A stretch of 64,000 nucleotides of DNA. Origin: Candidatus Omnitrophota bacterium (lineage in GTDB: Bacteria; Omnitrophota; Gorgyraeia; Aquiviventales; Aquiviventaceae). The stretch is from the NCBI GenBank assembly GCA_030697665.1, contig JAUYPJ010000080.1, forward strand, positions 5,475 through 69,474, written 5' to 3'. The notes below the pieces were generated by a model that saw nothing but the letters and a program-made list of their open reading frames with translations, was not told where the DNA came from and searched no databases. The position numbers were made by a program, and so were the translations under genes. Shown here one piece after another: positions 8,201 to 16,711 of the stretch (positions are counted from its first letter, which is position 1; every line of letters starts with the position of its first letter).

Positions 8201-8818
8201 ATGCTCGCCGCGCGCTACAAGCCCCTGTTCAACCGGCTCCTCCATCCAGTCGCCGCGTGGATCGCCCGCAGCGGCATCCCCGCTTCCGCCGTGACGCTGT
8301 CCGCGCCGCTCCTGGGCCTTGTGGCCTGCGTGGCGTTCATCCGAATGCGAGCGGTGCTGCCGTTCTGCGTGGCCATGACGGTGGTGGCTTCCCTCGACGG
8401 GCTCGACGGCGCGGTCGCCCGCGCGAGCGGCCGCGTGACGAAGCGGGGGGCCTACCTCGACGCGATGGGCGACCGGTACGTGGAGGCGATGGCGCTGATC
8501 GCCGCCGCCTGGGTCAGCGGCTATTGGCTGTTGTCGAGCCTCGTGCTGGCGGGATCGCTGCTCGTCAGCTACGCGAAGGCGCGGGCCGCCATGGAGGTGG
8601 CGGTCTCCAATGCCGAGTGGCCCGATCTCATGGAACGCACCGAGCGTCTGGTCCTCTTCCTGGTGGGGCTGGCGGCGAGCGCCGTGATGCCCTGGCGGCC
8701 GTTCGGACGTGATCTGTTCTGGTGGACGTTGCTGTTGCTGGCGGTCTTGGCGCACCTGACGGTGGCGCAGCGGCTGGTGCGGGCGTGCCGGTTGATCGAC
8801 GAGCGCGCCGCCCGATAG
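8201..8818 (+). CDS. CDP-alcohol phosphatidyltransferase family protein
   Basis: DGLDGAVARASGRVTKRGAYLDAMGDRYVE matches D-G-x2-A-R-x8-G-x3-D-x3-D. Multi-TM protein. Confidence 0.85.
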   Translation: MLAARYKPLFNRLLHPVAAWIARSGIPASAVTLSAPLLGLVACVAFIRMRAVLPFCVAMTVVASLDGLDGAVARASGRVTKRGAYLDAMGDRYVEAMALIAAAWVSGYWLLSSLVLAGSLLVSYAKARAAMEVAVSNAEWPDLMERTERLVLFLVGLAASAVMPWRPFGRDLFWWTLLLLAVLAHLTVAQRLVRACRLIDERAAR

Positions 8819-8924
8819 CGTTGCCGCAACGTGTGGCAGCCCCCCATACGTTCATCAAGGTTGAACTACCGTTGGGTTTTAATCGCTTGACTCTCATGTA
8901 ACAAGATGATATAAGGTGATTAAC

Positions 8925-9134
8925 ATGGACCTCATAGAATCCCTCCGCTTGTACCGACTTGAACACCGGCTCACACAGCAAGAGCTTGCCAAGACACTCG
9001 GCGTCTCCTTTATCACCATCAACCGCTGGCTCAATCGGCGCGTCAAACCCAGCCCTCTATTGGAGCATCAGATCAGAAAATTGCTCCACCAGAGCAATAC
9101 GAGGCCGCGGAAGTCTTGGCAGGCAACTCCATGA
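8925..9134 (+). CDS. XRE-family HTH protein (controller/C-protein-like, upstream of methylase)
   Basis: LTQQELAKTLGVSFITINRWLN HTH. AAGGTGA SD lies 6 nt before ATG 8925. The stop overlaps the methylase start (ATGA at 9131-9134). Confidence 0.7.
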   Translation: MDLIESLRLYRLEHRLTQQELAKTLGVSFITINRWLNRRVKPSPLLEHQIRKLLHQSNTRPRKSWQATP

Positions 9135-10609
9135 GCACGCTGGCAGTCGTCGAAAAGAGCCAGGATCAACTGAAGCAGATCGGACGGGAAGACGCTGCTT
9201 TAACAGATCACTTTCGACCGAAACTCAAGGTCAATTATGACCTGACAAGGGCGCTGGTCAGCTTTCAAGCAAACAAGACAGTAGCGGGCTATCGGTGGTT
9301 TAAGTTCAAAGAGGGCTTCTCATCCACTCTGGTCAATTATGTGTTCGATCGATTGCGTATTAGCAGCGGCAAGGTCATTGACCCGTTCACAGGCAGCGGG
9401 GCAACTCTCTTCTCAGCGAGCGGGCGAGGGTTGGATGCCCTGGGCATTGAGCTTCTGCCAGTCGGCTGTGAGATCATCCGAGCGAGGAAGGCAGCCCTTC
9501 AACACCCTGATCGGGTGATCAGTACACTGCGCAACTGGGTGGGGCAAAAACCCTGGCAGACTTCCAATGGCCGACAGGTTCCATTCCAACATCTCAGAAT
9601 TACCGAAGGCGCTTTCCCTCAAAAGACGGAGCGTCGTCTGAAGTCATACGTCGGCGCCCTGAGCGATGTTCGTGATACTGCCTCAGCATCTGTCCTGCGG
9701 TTGGCGCTTCTCAGTATCCTTGAGGAGATCAGCTACACAAGGAAAGACGGCCAATATCTCCGCTGGGATGACAGGTCAGGGAGACGTCAAGGCACCAAAC
9801 TGTTCAACAAAGGCCTGATCCGAGACTTCGATATTGCCATCCTGGACAAGCTGGTCCATATCCTAGACGACCTCGATAGCCCACCCGACCTCTTTGGCAA
9901 TGCTTCAAGGCTAAAACTTTCAGGTCAGGTAGAGGTCGCCTGCGGCTCCTGCTTGGAGGAGCTTCCGAAGCTTCCGACCAATTCTTTCAGTGTACTGATG
10001 ACGTCTCCGCCCTACTGTAATCGCTATGATTACACTAGGACGTATGCCCTTGAACTGGCCTTGCTGGGCATTCATGAGGCCGGCATCCGCCAATTACGAC
10101 AACAGATGCTTTCCTGCACAGTTGAGAACAGGGAGAAGGGCGGTCTTGCTGACTTGGTAGGCGTACAAAACTTTGAGAGGGGCAAACAGATTTTTAATGA
10201 ACAAGTGCTCCTCTCGGCCATTTGTCACCACCTCGACTACTTGAGGGATGAACACCAATTGAACAACTCAGGAATAGCCCGCATGGTGCGCAACTACTTT
10301 TGGGAAATGACCCTTGTCATACTTGAGTGCGCGAGGGTATTACAACCTGGCGCGCCCTTCATCATGGTGAACGATAACGTCCGGTACGCAGGGATTCCTA
10401 TTCCGGTAGACTTGATTCTCTCGCGGATTGCGGAGTGTGCAGGCTTCGAGGTGGAGACGATTTGGGTTCTACCGAAAGGCAAGGGGAACAGCAGCCAGCA
10501 GATGGGTGAGCATGGGCGCGAGGAACTGCGGAAATGCGTGTATGTCTGGAGAGCGCCTACAAGGACACAAGCCAAGCAACAAGTTCCTCTACTTGGTCAT
10601 CAACGGTGA
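9131..10609 (+). CDS. site-specific DNA methyltransferase (N4-C or N6-A, alpha-type motif order)
   Basis: Motif I VIDPFTGSGATL (about aa 85) and motif IV MTSPPYCNRYDY (about aa 290), with about 200 aa between them. Confidence 0.85.
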   Translation: MSTLAVVEKSQDQLKQIGREDAALTDHFRPKLKVNYDLTRALVSFQANKTVAGYRWFKFKEGFSSTLVNYVFDRLRISSGKVIDPFTGSGATLFSASGRGLDALGIELLPVGCEIIRARKAALQHPDRVISTLRNWVGQKPWQTSNGRQVPFQHLRITEGAFPQKTERRLKSYVGALSDVRDTASASVLRLALLSILEEISYTRKDGQYLRWDDRSGRRQGTKLFNKGLIRDFDIAILDKLVHILDDLDSPPDLFGNASRLKLSGQVEVACGSCLEELPKLPTNSFSVLMTSPPYCNRYDYTRTYALELALLGIHEAGIRQLRQQMLSCTVENREKGGLADLVGVQNFERGKQIFNEQVLLSAICHHLDYLRDEHQLNNSGIARMVRNYFWEMTLVILECARVLQPGAPFIMVNDNVRYAGIPIPVDLILSRIAECAGFEVETIWVLPKGKGNSSQQMGEHGREELRKCVYVWRAPTRTQAKQQVPLLGHQR

Positions 10610-11297
10610 GATTTGCTGCTCGCGTCAACTCACCAGTTTGAAGCTGACGAAACAGCTCATCGGCCATCGAAGGGACGATGGCAGCACCCGCAAAAAACAG
10701 TTTTGGGCAGTTCTTGGGAAATCGTTCACGGATTCTGCCCAAAGCGCTCCTGGCCGTTTTCCAGTGCTCATCTGCGCCAGCCGGATCAATCCCTCCTTTC
10801 AGCTCTCCGCAGGCAAGATATCGGGAGTGATCTTCGAGAAGCTCTCGAGCTGATCTTTGGTCGATACGTTTCAGGAGAATGACGTCGATGTTCTTCCCAA
10901 CCAGCCTCGGTGTTCGGTCGAACAGTATCAGGCGTTCATCCCATGAAACACGAGTGATCTTGTCTCCCCTCCGCTCATGTTGGACGGCGATACCTCTGCT
11001 TCGTAAGGCCTTGACGAGGGCGCTCGTAAACTTCCCCTGAGCGAGTGCGCCTGTCATGTTTCGCATCTTCCCGCCAAGCGTGTCACCCCTCGTGAGCAAG
11101 TACCGGTAGAGGAGTTCCTCACGAAAATGATCGTCCGCCTGTTCTCTGATCGTGTTCAGCACAGAACGGACACTCTCTCGAAGCTCATGATCAGCGAAGT
11201 AGCGTTGTGCCTTGTCGGAAAATCCGACGGCGCTTACAAGCGTCTTCAGAGGGACGACTGTTATCACGTCATCAACAGAAGTAGATTTGCGAAGCAT
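10557..11297 (-). CDS. putative type II restriction endonuclease (cognate to adjacent methylase)
   Basis: Convergent with the methylase and overlapping it by 53 nt. KNIDVILL...CGELKGG fits a D..ExK core. The start is uncertain: ATG 11297, or GTG 11399. The track extension to 11738 overlaps the neighbouring gene and was rejected. Confidence 0.55.
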   Translation of the reverse strand: MLRKSTSVDDVITVVPLKTLVSAVGFSDKAQRYFADHELRESVRSVLNTIREQADDHFREELLYRYLLTRGDTLGGKMRNMTGALAQGKFTSALVKALRSRGIAVQHERRGDKITRVSWDERLILFDRTPRLVGKNIDVILLKRIDQRSARELLEDHSRYLACGELKGGIDPAGADEHWKTARSALGRIRERFPKNCPKLFFAGAAIVPSMADELFRQLQTGELTRAANLTVDDQVEELVAWLVSL

Positions 11298-11454
11298 CTC
11301 CCACAATTGGGTGGCCTCCTTGATGAAGGGTGACGTGCGCTGACCCTTCGCTTTGGCCTGTGCGAGGAAACCTGCACACGTCGCTTCTCTGGATGTCACG
11401 AGACTGTTCGCACTGGGAACTCTGTTGGTCACTCGACGGTCTCCGATAACGGAT

Positions 11455-12891
11455 CTACTGGACGGGGGGCGTGGGGGAGGGAAGCCCAGGCGGGCCTGCA
11501 GGGGCGTCGGCTGCGACTCGGAAGCGCTCGGGGCTGACGAGGAGCTCCATGACCTGTTGGGGCAGCTGCACAATGACCTCGCGCCCTTCGATCTGGCCGT
11601 AGCGATTCGTGGATCCCTCGATCGGCGCGCCGACCAGGAGGCGTTGGGGCGGCTGCTCAGGCGTCGTCCAGGCGGCGATCGATCCCACAGGCGGCTGCAC
11701 GCCATAGCGAGCTGGATCTGAGGATGCCTCATCCACAAAGCCGGCGACCTTGAGGCCGGCGAGCTCGCCGAGCCAGTCGTCGACCCGCGAACGGTCCAAC
11801 GCCGTCGCGGAACCCGCTTCGCGCCATTCGCTCTCGGTCCGCTCCATCGTCCAGGGCCGTCCTTCCCGCGTTACCTCGATCTTCGTCACCTGGCCCGTGA
11901 AGAACTCGAAGCAGGAGGTGGCACGCAGCGACGACGGGTCGCTCCACAGCGACTCCACGTCGGCCTTCGCCACGGCATAGAGCGACGGCTCATCGCTGCG
12001 TTTGGCGTAGACCAGCGCCGCGTCGTCAGGAAGCGGGCGGCCAAAGAACAGCGTGATCGACGCGGGGGGCTCCTGCCGGAGCCGAATGGTCAGCTCTGCA
12101 GACGGCTGATCAAACCCCCACGTGGAGAGCGCTTCGACCTGCGGGGCGTCGTCCACAAACCGCGTGATGCGCAGCGCCCGCAGGCGGCTCAGGAACGCCT
12201 CGACCTGGGCTCGATCCGCGTGATCGGTCAGGGCCGGCAGCCCCGGCTGCGCGGGGCTGAGGGCAAGCGTCCAGGTGCCCTGGTCGCGCGTCAGGCTGAA
12301 CGATGACGCGGGGGAGACCGCCGCGAGGCGCTCGACCAGCCAGCTATCGAGTCGGATGAGCAGCGGATCGCGGAACGCCTCGGGGGGATGCTGGGCCGCC
12401 TCGAAGAGGCTGTCCGGGACGACGAAGATCTCCGGGCGGGTGGCGACCTTGACGTAGCGGTTGCTGTGAACCGGCGTCGCTTCACCCAGCAACAGCGTGG
12501 CGGGCGTCCCATTGGCGACGACGGTGAGCTGTCCGACGACCGGATCCAGGCCGAAGGCGCTCGCCTCGAGGGGCCGCTCCGCAGAGCCCGACAGGATGCG
12601 CTCAGCCGTCAGGGGAGCCAACTGGTCCAGGAGTCGATGGACGAGATCGTCATCCGCCCGGACGTTCGCGGGGCTCACGCGCCAGGAGTCCGCTTGGCGG
12701 GTGAGGGTGAGCTTGACGTCGGGCAGATCGAGCAACAGCTGGCTCACCGAGTCCGGAGCGATGTTGAGCACTTCCTTCGAGAGCCGCTGGCGCTCCTCCG
12801 GCGACGGCCGCCGGATCTCATAGCGCGAGAGGTAGGTGCCGATCCCCACGGTGAGAATGAGGAGGGCCGTCGTCGTCTTCCAGTGGCGCAT
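11455..12891 (-). CDS. DUF4340-like protein of GldG-type ABC exporter operon
   Basis: N-terminal TM anchor. Sits last in the ATPase / ABC-2 permease / GldG / DUF4340 gene order. Confidence 0.7.
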   Translation of the reverse strand: MRHWKTTTALLILTVGIGTYLSRYEIRRPSPEERQRLSKEVLNIAPDSVSQLLLDLPDVKLTLTRQADSWRVSPANVRADDDLVHRLLDQLAPLTAERILSGSAERPLEASAFGLDPVVGQLTVVANGTPATLLLGEATPVHSNRYVKVATRPEIFVVPDSLFEAAQHPPEAFRDPLLIRLDSWLVERLAAVSPASSFSLTRDQGTWTLALSPAQPGLPALTDHADRAQVEAFLSRLRALRITRFVDDAPQVEALSTWGFDQPSAELTIRLRQEPPASITLFFGRPLPDDAALVYAKRSDEPSLYAVAKADVESLWSDPSSLRATSCFEFFTGQVTKIEVTREGRPWTMERTESEWREAGSATALDRSRVDDWLGELAGLKVAGFVDEASSDPARYGVQPPVGSIAAWTTPEQPPQRLLVGAPIEGSTNRYGQIEGREVIVQLPQQVMELLVSPERFRVAADAPAGPPGLPSPTPPVQ

Positions 12892-12924
12892 CGGTTCTTC
12901 CTATCGACTACGGACTATTGACCG

Positions 12925-14376
12925 CTAGGTGCGCCGGAGCCACCACACGACCGCCCCGAGCAGCCCCAGGACGGCGGGCAGGGCGAGGAAGCTGAACCAG
13001 GAGAGCGCCAAGAGCTGCCCGCCCGTCAGTTGCAGCTTGATCGACTCAATCGACTTGGGGCCGATGCCGATCAGGTGTTCTTGCTCCAGCAGCCAGCGGA
13101 TCGCGCCGAGCGCCATGTCCTTGTTGCCGGCGTTGCTCAACTGGGCGTTGATGACGAAGTCCGAGTCGCCCACCACCACCAGGCGGCTGCGCAGCGGAAG
13201 CGTGCCCTCCTGGGCCGGCTGGACCCGTTCGGCGGCGGCGGCAATCGACACCGGTCCCGGCAGATCGGTCTCTTTCGTGAACTCGAAGGCCTCTGTCGCA
13301 GTCTGCGTTTCTCCCCAGCCGTCCGCCGTCGTCAGGGCGAGGGGTTGGACGGAGAGGCCCTCGGGGACCGGCTGGGTCGGCCGCACCGAGCGGGCCAGCG
13401 GGTAGAGCGTGACGAAGGTCTTCATCTTCTCGACGATCGGGTGCTGGGTGTACGTCGTCACGAGCAGGTTAGCGGCCGACACAAACGGAAGCTGTCGCGA
13501 CGGATCCACCACGATGTCGAGCCCCAGGACGATGCCCCAGCGTTCGAGGAGGCCGTCAAGCCCGGAGTCGTCCAGCGGATCGATCAGGAGCAGGAGGCGC
13601 CCGCCTCCCTGGAGATACGCCTCCAACAGCGCCACCTCGGACTCCAGGAACCGGCGCGTCGGTCCCGGGATGATGATCAACTTGACCTCCGGGTCGATCG
13701 CGGGGCGCTCCGCCACGGTGACGGTCTGAACCGACACGTTCTGTTGCTCCAGTGCCCGCTTCAGATCGGAGAGTCCTGAGGGGTCCTCTCCCTCGAGCGA
13801 TTTTTCGCCGTGGCCGCTGGTGACCCACACCAGCGACGAGTTCGCCTGGGTGACGCTGATGAGGGCCGAGGTGAACGCCTCTTCCCCGGTAAAGGCCTTG
13901 ACGCGGGGCTGTCCCCCGTAGGCCATGCCGCCGTAGTCGTACTCCGCCAGGTCGGTGTCCGAGAGATACTTGTGCCGGGCGCCGGATTTGAAGATGACGA
14001 GGTTCAGGGCGTCCGGGTCGGCGACGTCGATCTGGAATTCCTGCACGAGCTGACGGGCGCGCGCGACGTCTTGCTCCGGATCGACCCGCTCGATGGCGAG
14101 CTGCGGGCTCGCACGCGCGTATTCGTTGAGGAGGTCGTTGACGAATCCGTAGAGCCGATGATTCGGCTGGTAGAAGATGACGACCGAGGCCGGCTCCTTG
14201 AGGCTCTTGAGGGTCTGGAGCGTTTGGTCCGACAACGCGGTGAGCTGCTGGCGCGTCAGATCCCACCGGGCGTAACGGCGGCTCGCGATGAAGTTGACCA
14301 TGATGAAGAGCACCCCCAGCAACGCGAGCGTCGTAAGCAGGTTGACCGAAGAGAGGAGGCGCTTTGTCTTCTTCAT
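12925..14376 (-). CDS. GldG-family ABC-transporter auxiliary protein
   Basis: N- and C-terminal TM anchors. ARWDLTRQQLTALSDQT start is typical of the GldG/ABC_transp_aux family. Confidence 0.75.
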   Translation of the reverse strand: MKKTKRLLSSVNLLTTLALLGVLFIMVNFIASRRYARWDLTRQQLTALSDQTLQTLKSLKEPASVVIFYQPNHRLYGFVNDLLNEYARASPQLAIERVDPEQDVARARQLVQEFQIDVADPDALNLVIFKSGARHKYLSDTDLAEYDYGGMAYGGQPRVKAFTGEEAFTSALISVTQANSSLVWVTSGHGEKSLEGEDPSGLSDLKRALEQQNVSVQTVTVAERPAIDPEVKLIIIPGPTRRFLESEVALLEAYLQGGGRLLLLIDPLDDSGLDGLLERWGIVLGLDIVVDPSRQLPFVSAANLLVTTYTQHPIVEKMKTFVTLYPLARSVRPTQPVPEGLSVQPLALTTADGWGETQTATEAFEFTKETDLPGPVSIAAAAERVQPAQEGTLPLRSRLVVVGDSDFVINAQLSNAGNKDMALGAIRWLLEQEHLIGIGPKSIESIKLQLTGGQLLALSWFSFLALPAVLGLLGAVVWWLRRT

Positions 14377-14410
14377 GGGAGGCCTCCCAGGGCAAGTCGG
14401 GGGAAAATTG

Positions 14411-14491
14411 GAAATTGCGGATTGCGAATTGCGGATTGCGGATTGAAAAGCCAGGTCAATCCGAAATCCACAATCCGAAATCCGAGATTTC
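14411..14491. repeat. hairpin built from tandem ATTGCGG-type units (left arm) and CAATCCG/AAATCCG units (right arm)
   Basis: gaaattgcggattgcgaattgcggattgcggattg - aaaagccaggt - caatccgaaatccacaatccgaaatccgagatttc, intergenic. Confidence 0.85.
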
Positions 14492-14509
14492 TGCGGTTCT
14501 TCTGTCGCA

Positions 14510-15256
14510 TTAAGAGCGCCAGCGGGGGTTGCTGATGACGCGTCCCGTGAGGAACAGGCAGATCAGGCTCAGGCTCAGGTAGAAGCAGATCGGACGCGTG
14601 TCCAGCAGCCCCTTCGAGAAGTGCTGGAGGTGCTCGATGAGGGAGAGGTACTTGATGATGACGCTCGTCTGGGGATCGCGGACGAAGACATCGAGGATGC
14701 CGACGGAGAAGAGGAGCAGGATCGCGACGAAGGTGAGGACTGCGGCGATCACCTGGTTGCGCGTCAGGCTCGAAGCGAGCAGCCCGACCGCCACGAGGAC
14801 CCCGCCCAACAACGCGGTGCCGAGGTAGCCGGTGAAGACCGGGGCCCAGTCGAAGCGCGTCAAGGCGCGCAGGACCACGAAGAAGACGACGGTGGGCGCC
14901 CAGAGCAGGAGGTAGACCAGCCACGCACCGAGGAACTTGGCGACGACCACCTGGAGGTCCGTGACCGGCGCGGTAAGGAGCAGCTCGATGGTGCCGGTGC
15001 GCTTCTCCTCGCTGAACGTCCGCATCGTCAGCAGCGGGACCATGATGAGCACCGCGAACCAGTAGTAGAAGGTGGCCCCGAAAAACATCTCCGCCATCGT
15101 GAGGGACGGGTCCACCCGCGGGTCGTTCAAGACCAGCAGGAGCGTTTGGAAGACGAAGCCTTGCAGGAAGAGGAAGAGCCCCCCGACGACGTACGCGATG
15201 GGGGAGTACCAGAACGCCTTCAGCTCCCGCGTGGTCAACGCCCACAGCGCCGTCAT
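14510..15256 (-). CDS. ABC-2 type transporter permease (GldF-like)
   Basis: Six hydrophobic segments. The start MTALWALTTRELKAF at ATG 15254-15256 overlaps the ATPase stop (ATGA). Confidence 0.8.
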   Translation of the reverse strand: MTALWALTTRELKAFWYSPIAYVVGGLFLFLQGFVFQTLLLVLNDPRVDPSLTMAEMFFGATFYYWFAVLIMVPLLTMRTFSEEKRTGTIELLLTAPVTDLQVVVAKFLGAWLVYLLLWAPTVVFFVVLRALTRFDWAPVFTGYLGTALLGGVLVAVGLLASSLTRNQVIAAVLTFVAILLLFSVGILDVFVRDPQTSVIIKYLSLIEHLQHFSKGLLDTRPICFYLSLSLICLFLTGRVISNPRWRS

Positions 15257-16209
15257 CCCACCACCTGTTGCTCGTGCGTCGTCAGGTGGATGAAGACGTC
15301 TTCCAGGGACGCCTGGGCCTGCGACAGCTCCCGCAGGGCCCACCGGCGCTCCACCGCGAGCCGGAAGATCGCTTCGCGCACGTCGGCGTCCGCGCGGCTC
15401 TGCACGTCGAAGGCGACGAACCCATCGAGGCGGCCCTGCACGTTGACCGAGGTGACCCCGGGCAGCTGCGTCAGCGCCGGCTCGATCTCCGCCGGCTCCC
15501 CCCGCAGTTGCACCCGGACGATCTGCATCCCCTGCAGGCGCTGACGCAGCTGGGCCGGCGTGTCGACTACGACAATCCGGCCCTTGTCGATGATGGCCAC
15601 CCGCTGGCAGATCATCTCGACCTCCGGCAGGATGTGGGTCGAGAGCAGCACCGTGGCGGTTTGGCCCATCGCCATGATCAGCTCGCGGGTCTGGCGGATC
15701 TGGTGCGGGTCGAGTCCAACGGTGGGTTCGTCGAGGATCAGGATCTTCGGGGAGCCCAGCAGGCAGTCGGCGAGCGCCACCCGCTGGCGATAGCCCTTCG
15801 ACAACCGTCCGATGAGTTGGCGCACGGCATCCGTGAGGGCGCAGCGCTCGATGACCGACTCCGCCTGCCGCCGCCGCTGGGCCCGCGCCACCCCTTTGAT
15901 GGCGGCGCGGTAGTGCAGGTACTCTTGGACGCGCAGCTCGGGGTAGAGGACCACGTGTTCCGGCAGGTAGCCGATGCGCCGACGCACCTCCACAGAGTGC
16001 TCGGCGACATCGAGCCCGTCGATGCGGACCGTCCCGTCGGTCGGGCTCAGCATGCCGGTGAGGAGGCGGAGCATCGTCGTCTTCCCCGCGCCGTTGGGGC
16101 CGAGGAAGCCCATGATCTCACCGGCCTGGACGCTGAAGGAGACGTCGCTCAGCGCCGTGACGGTATCGTAGCGCTTGGTGAGGTTCACGACGTCGATCGG
16201 CGTGGACAT
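15253..16209 (-). CDS. ABC transporter ATP-binding protein
   Basis: Walker A GPNGAGKTT, signature LSKGYRQR, Walker B ILILDEPTVGLD. Confidence 0.9.
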   Translation of the reverse strand: MSTPIDVVNLTKRYDTVTALSDVSFSVQAGEIMGFLGPNGAGKTTMLRLLTGMLSPTDGTVRIDGLDVAEHSVEVRRRIGYLPEHVVLYPELRVQEYLHYRAAIKGVARAQRRRQAESVIERCALTDAVRQLIGRLSKGYRQRVALADCLLGSPKILILDEPTVGLDPHQIRQTRELIMAMGQTATVLLSTHILPEVEMICQRVAIIDKGRIVVVDTPAQLRQRLQGMQIVRVQLRGEPAEIEPALTQLPGVTSVNVQGRLDGFVAFDVQSRADADVREAIFRLAVERRWALRELSQAQASLEDVFIHLTTHEQQVVG

Positions 16210-16219
16210 CTCGGGAATC

Positions 16220-16234
16220 TGGTATCGTGCTGGC
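16220..16234 (+). promoter_or_regulatory. candidate sigma-54 promoter (TGGTAT-N5-TGGC)
   Basis: GG at 16221-16222 and GC at 16233-16234 have the canonical 12-nt register. Lies about 90 nt upstream of the lipoprotein gene. The match is degenerate. Confidence 0.3.
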
Positions 16235-16322
16235 TGACGACTTCTGTGTGCAGCAGCCCTATTGTTTCTCGATCTGGTAGACTTGTCAAGAAGAGCCTTT
16301 TAGAGTAGCATAGTTTCTGCGG

Positions 16323-16691
16323 ATGCAAACACGCCTTCTCACTGGGACACTCCTCAGCCTGCTGTTGACGAGCGGGTGCGCCGGCGTCTCGCCCGCGCAA
16401 GTGGGACAGACGGCCGGCACGGTCGCCGGCATGGCGATCGTGCCCGGGGTGGGGGCGCCGGTGGGCGCGCTCCTCGGCCTGCTGGCGGGCATGGTCGTCC
16501 AGGGGCAGGTGGACAAGGCGACGGAACGACATGAGCGCAAGGAGCTCGGTGAGCAGCTCCGGACCGCCGATGCCGCGAGCGAGGACGGGCTCATCCCGTC
16601 GCTGGGAGAGCCGAGGCGGGTGTGGGTGGATGAAGCCGTCCAAGACGGGCGGCTGGTGGCCGGCCATTTCGAGGCGCGTCCCCTTCCTTAG
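16323..16691 (+). CDS. lipoprotein, glycine-zipper type
   Basis: Signal peptide plus lipobox LLTSGC, and a G/A-rich segment GMAIVPGVGAPVGALLGLLAGMVV. Confidence 0.6.
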   Translation: MQTRLLTGTLLSLLLTSGCAGVSPAQVGQTAGTVAGMAIVPGVGAPVGALLGLLAGMVVQGQVDKATERHERKELGEQLRTADAASEDGLIPSLGEPRRVWVDEAVQDGRLVAGHFEARPLP

Positions 16692-16711
16692 CTTCCAGCC
16701 TACCGCGGAAT

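Noticed and set aside
10557-11738. A 393-aa version of the endonuclease ORF
   Set aside because: The N-terminal roughly 115-147 codons are GC-rich low-complexity sequence overlapping the 3' end of the DUF4340 gene. The AT-richer, motif-bearing part starts near 11297-11399.
14411-14491. Possible CRISPR arrays, suggested by the many short tandem repeats
   Set aside because: The units are only 6-9 nt, are contiguous with no spacers, and form two complementary arms. No cas genes are present in the window.
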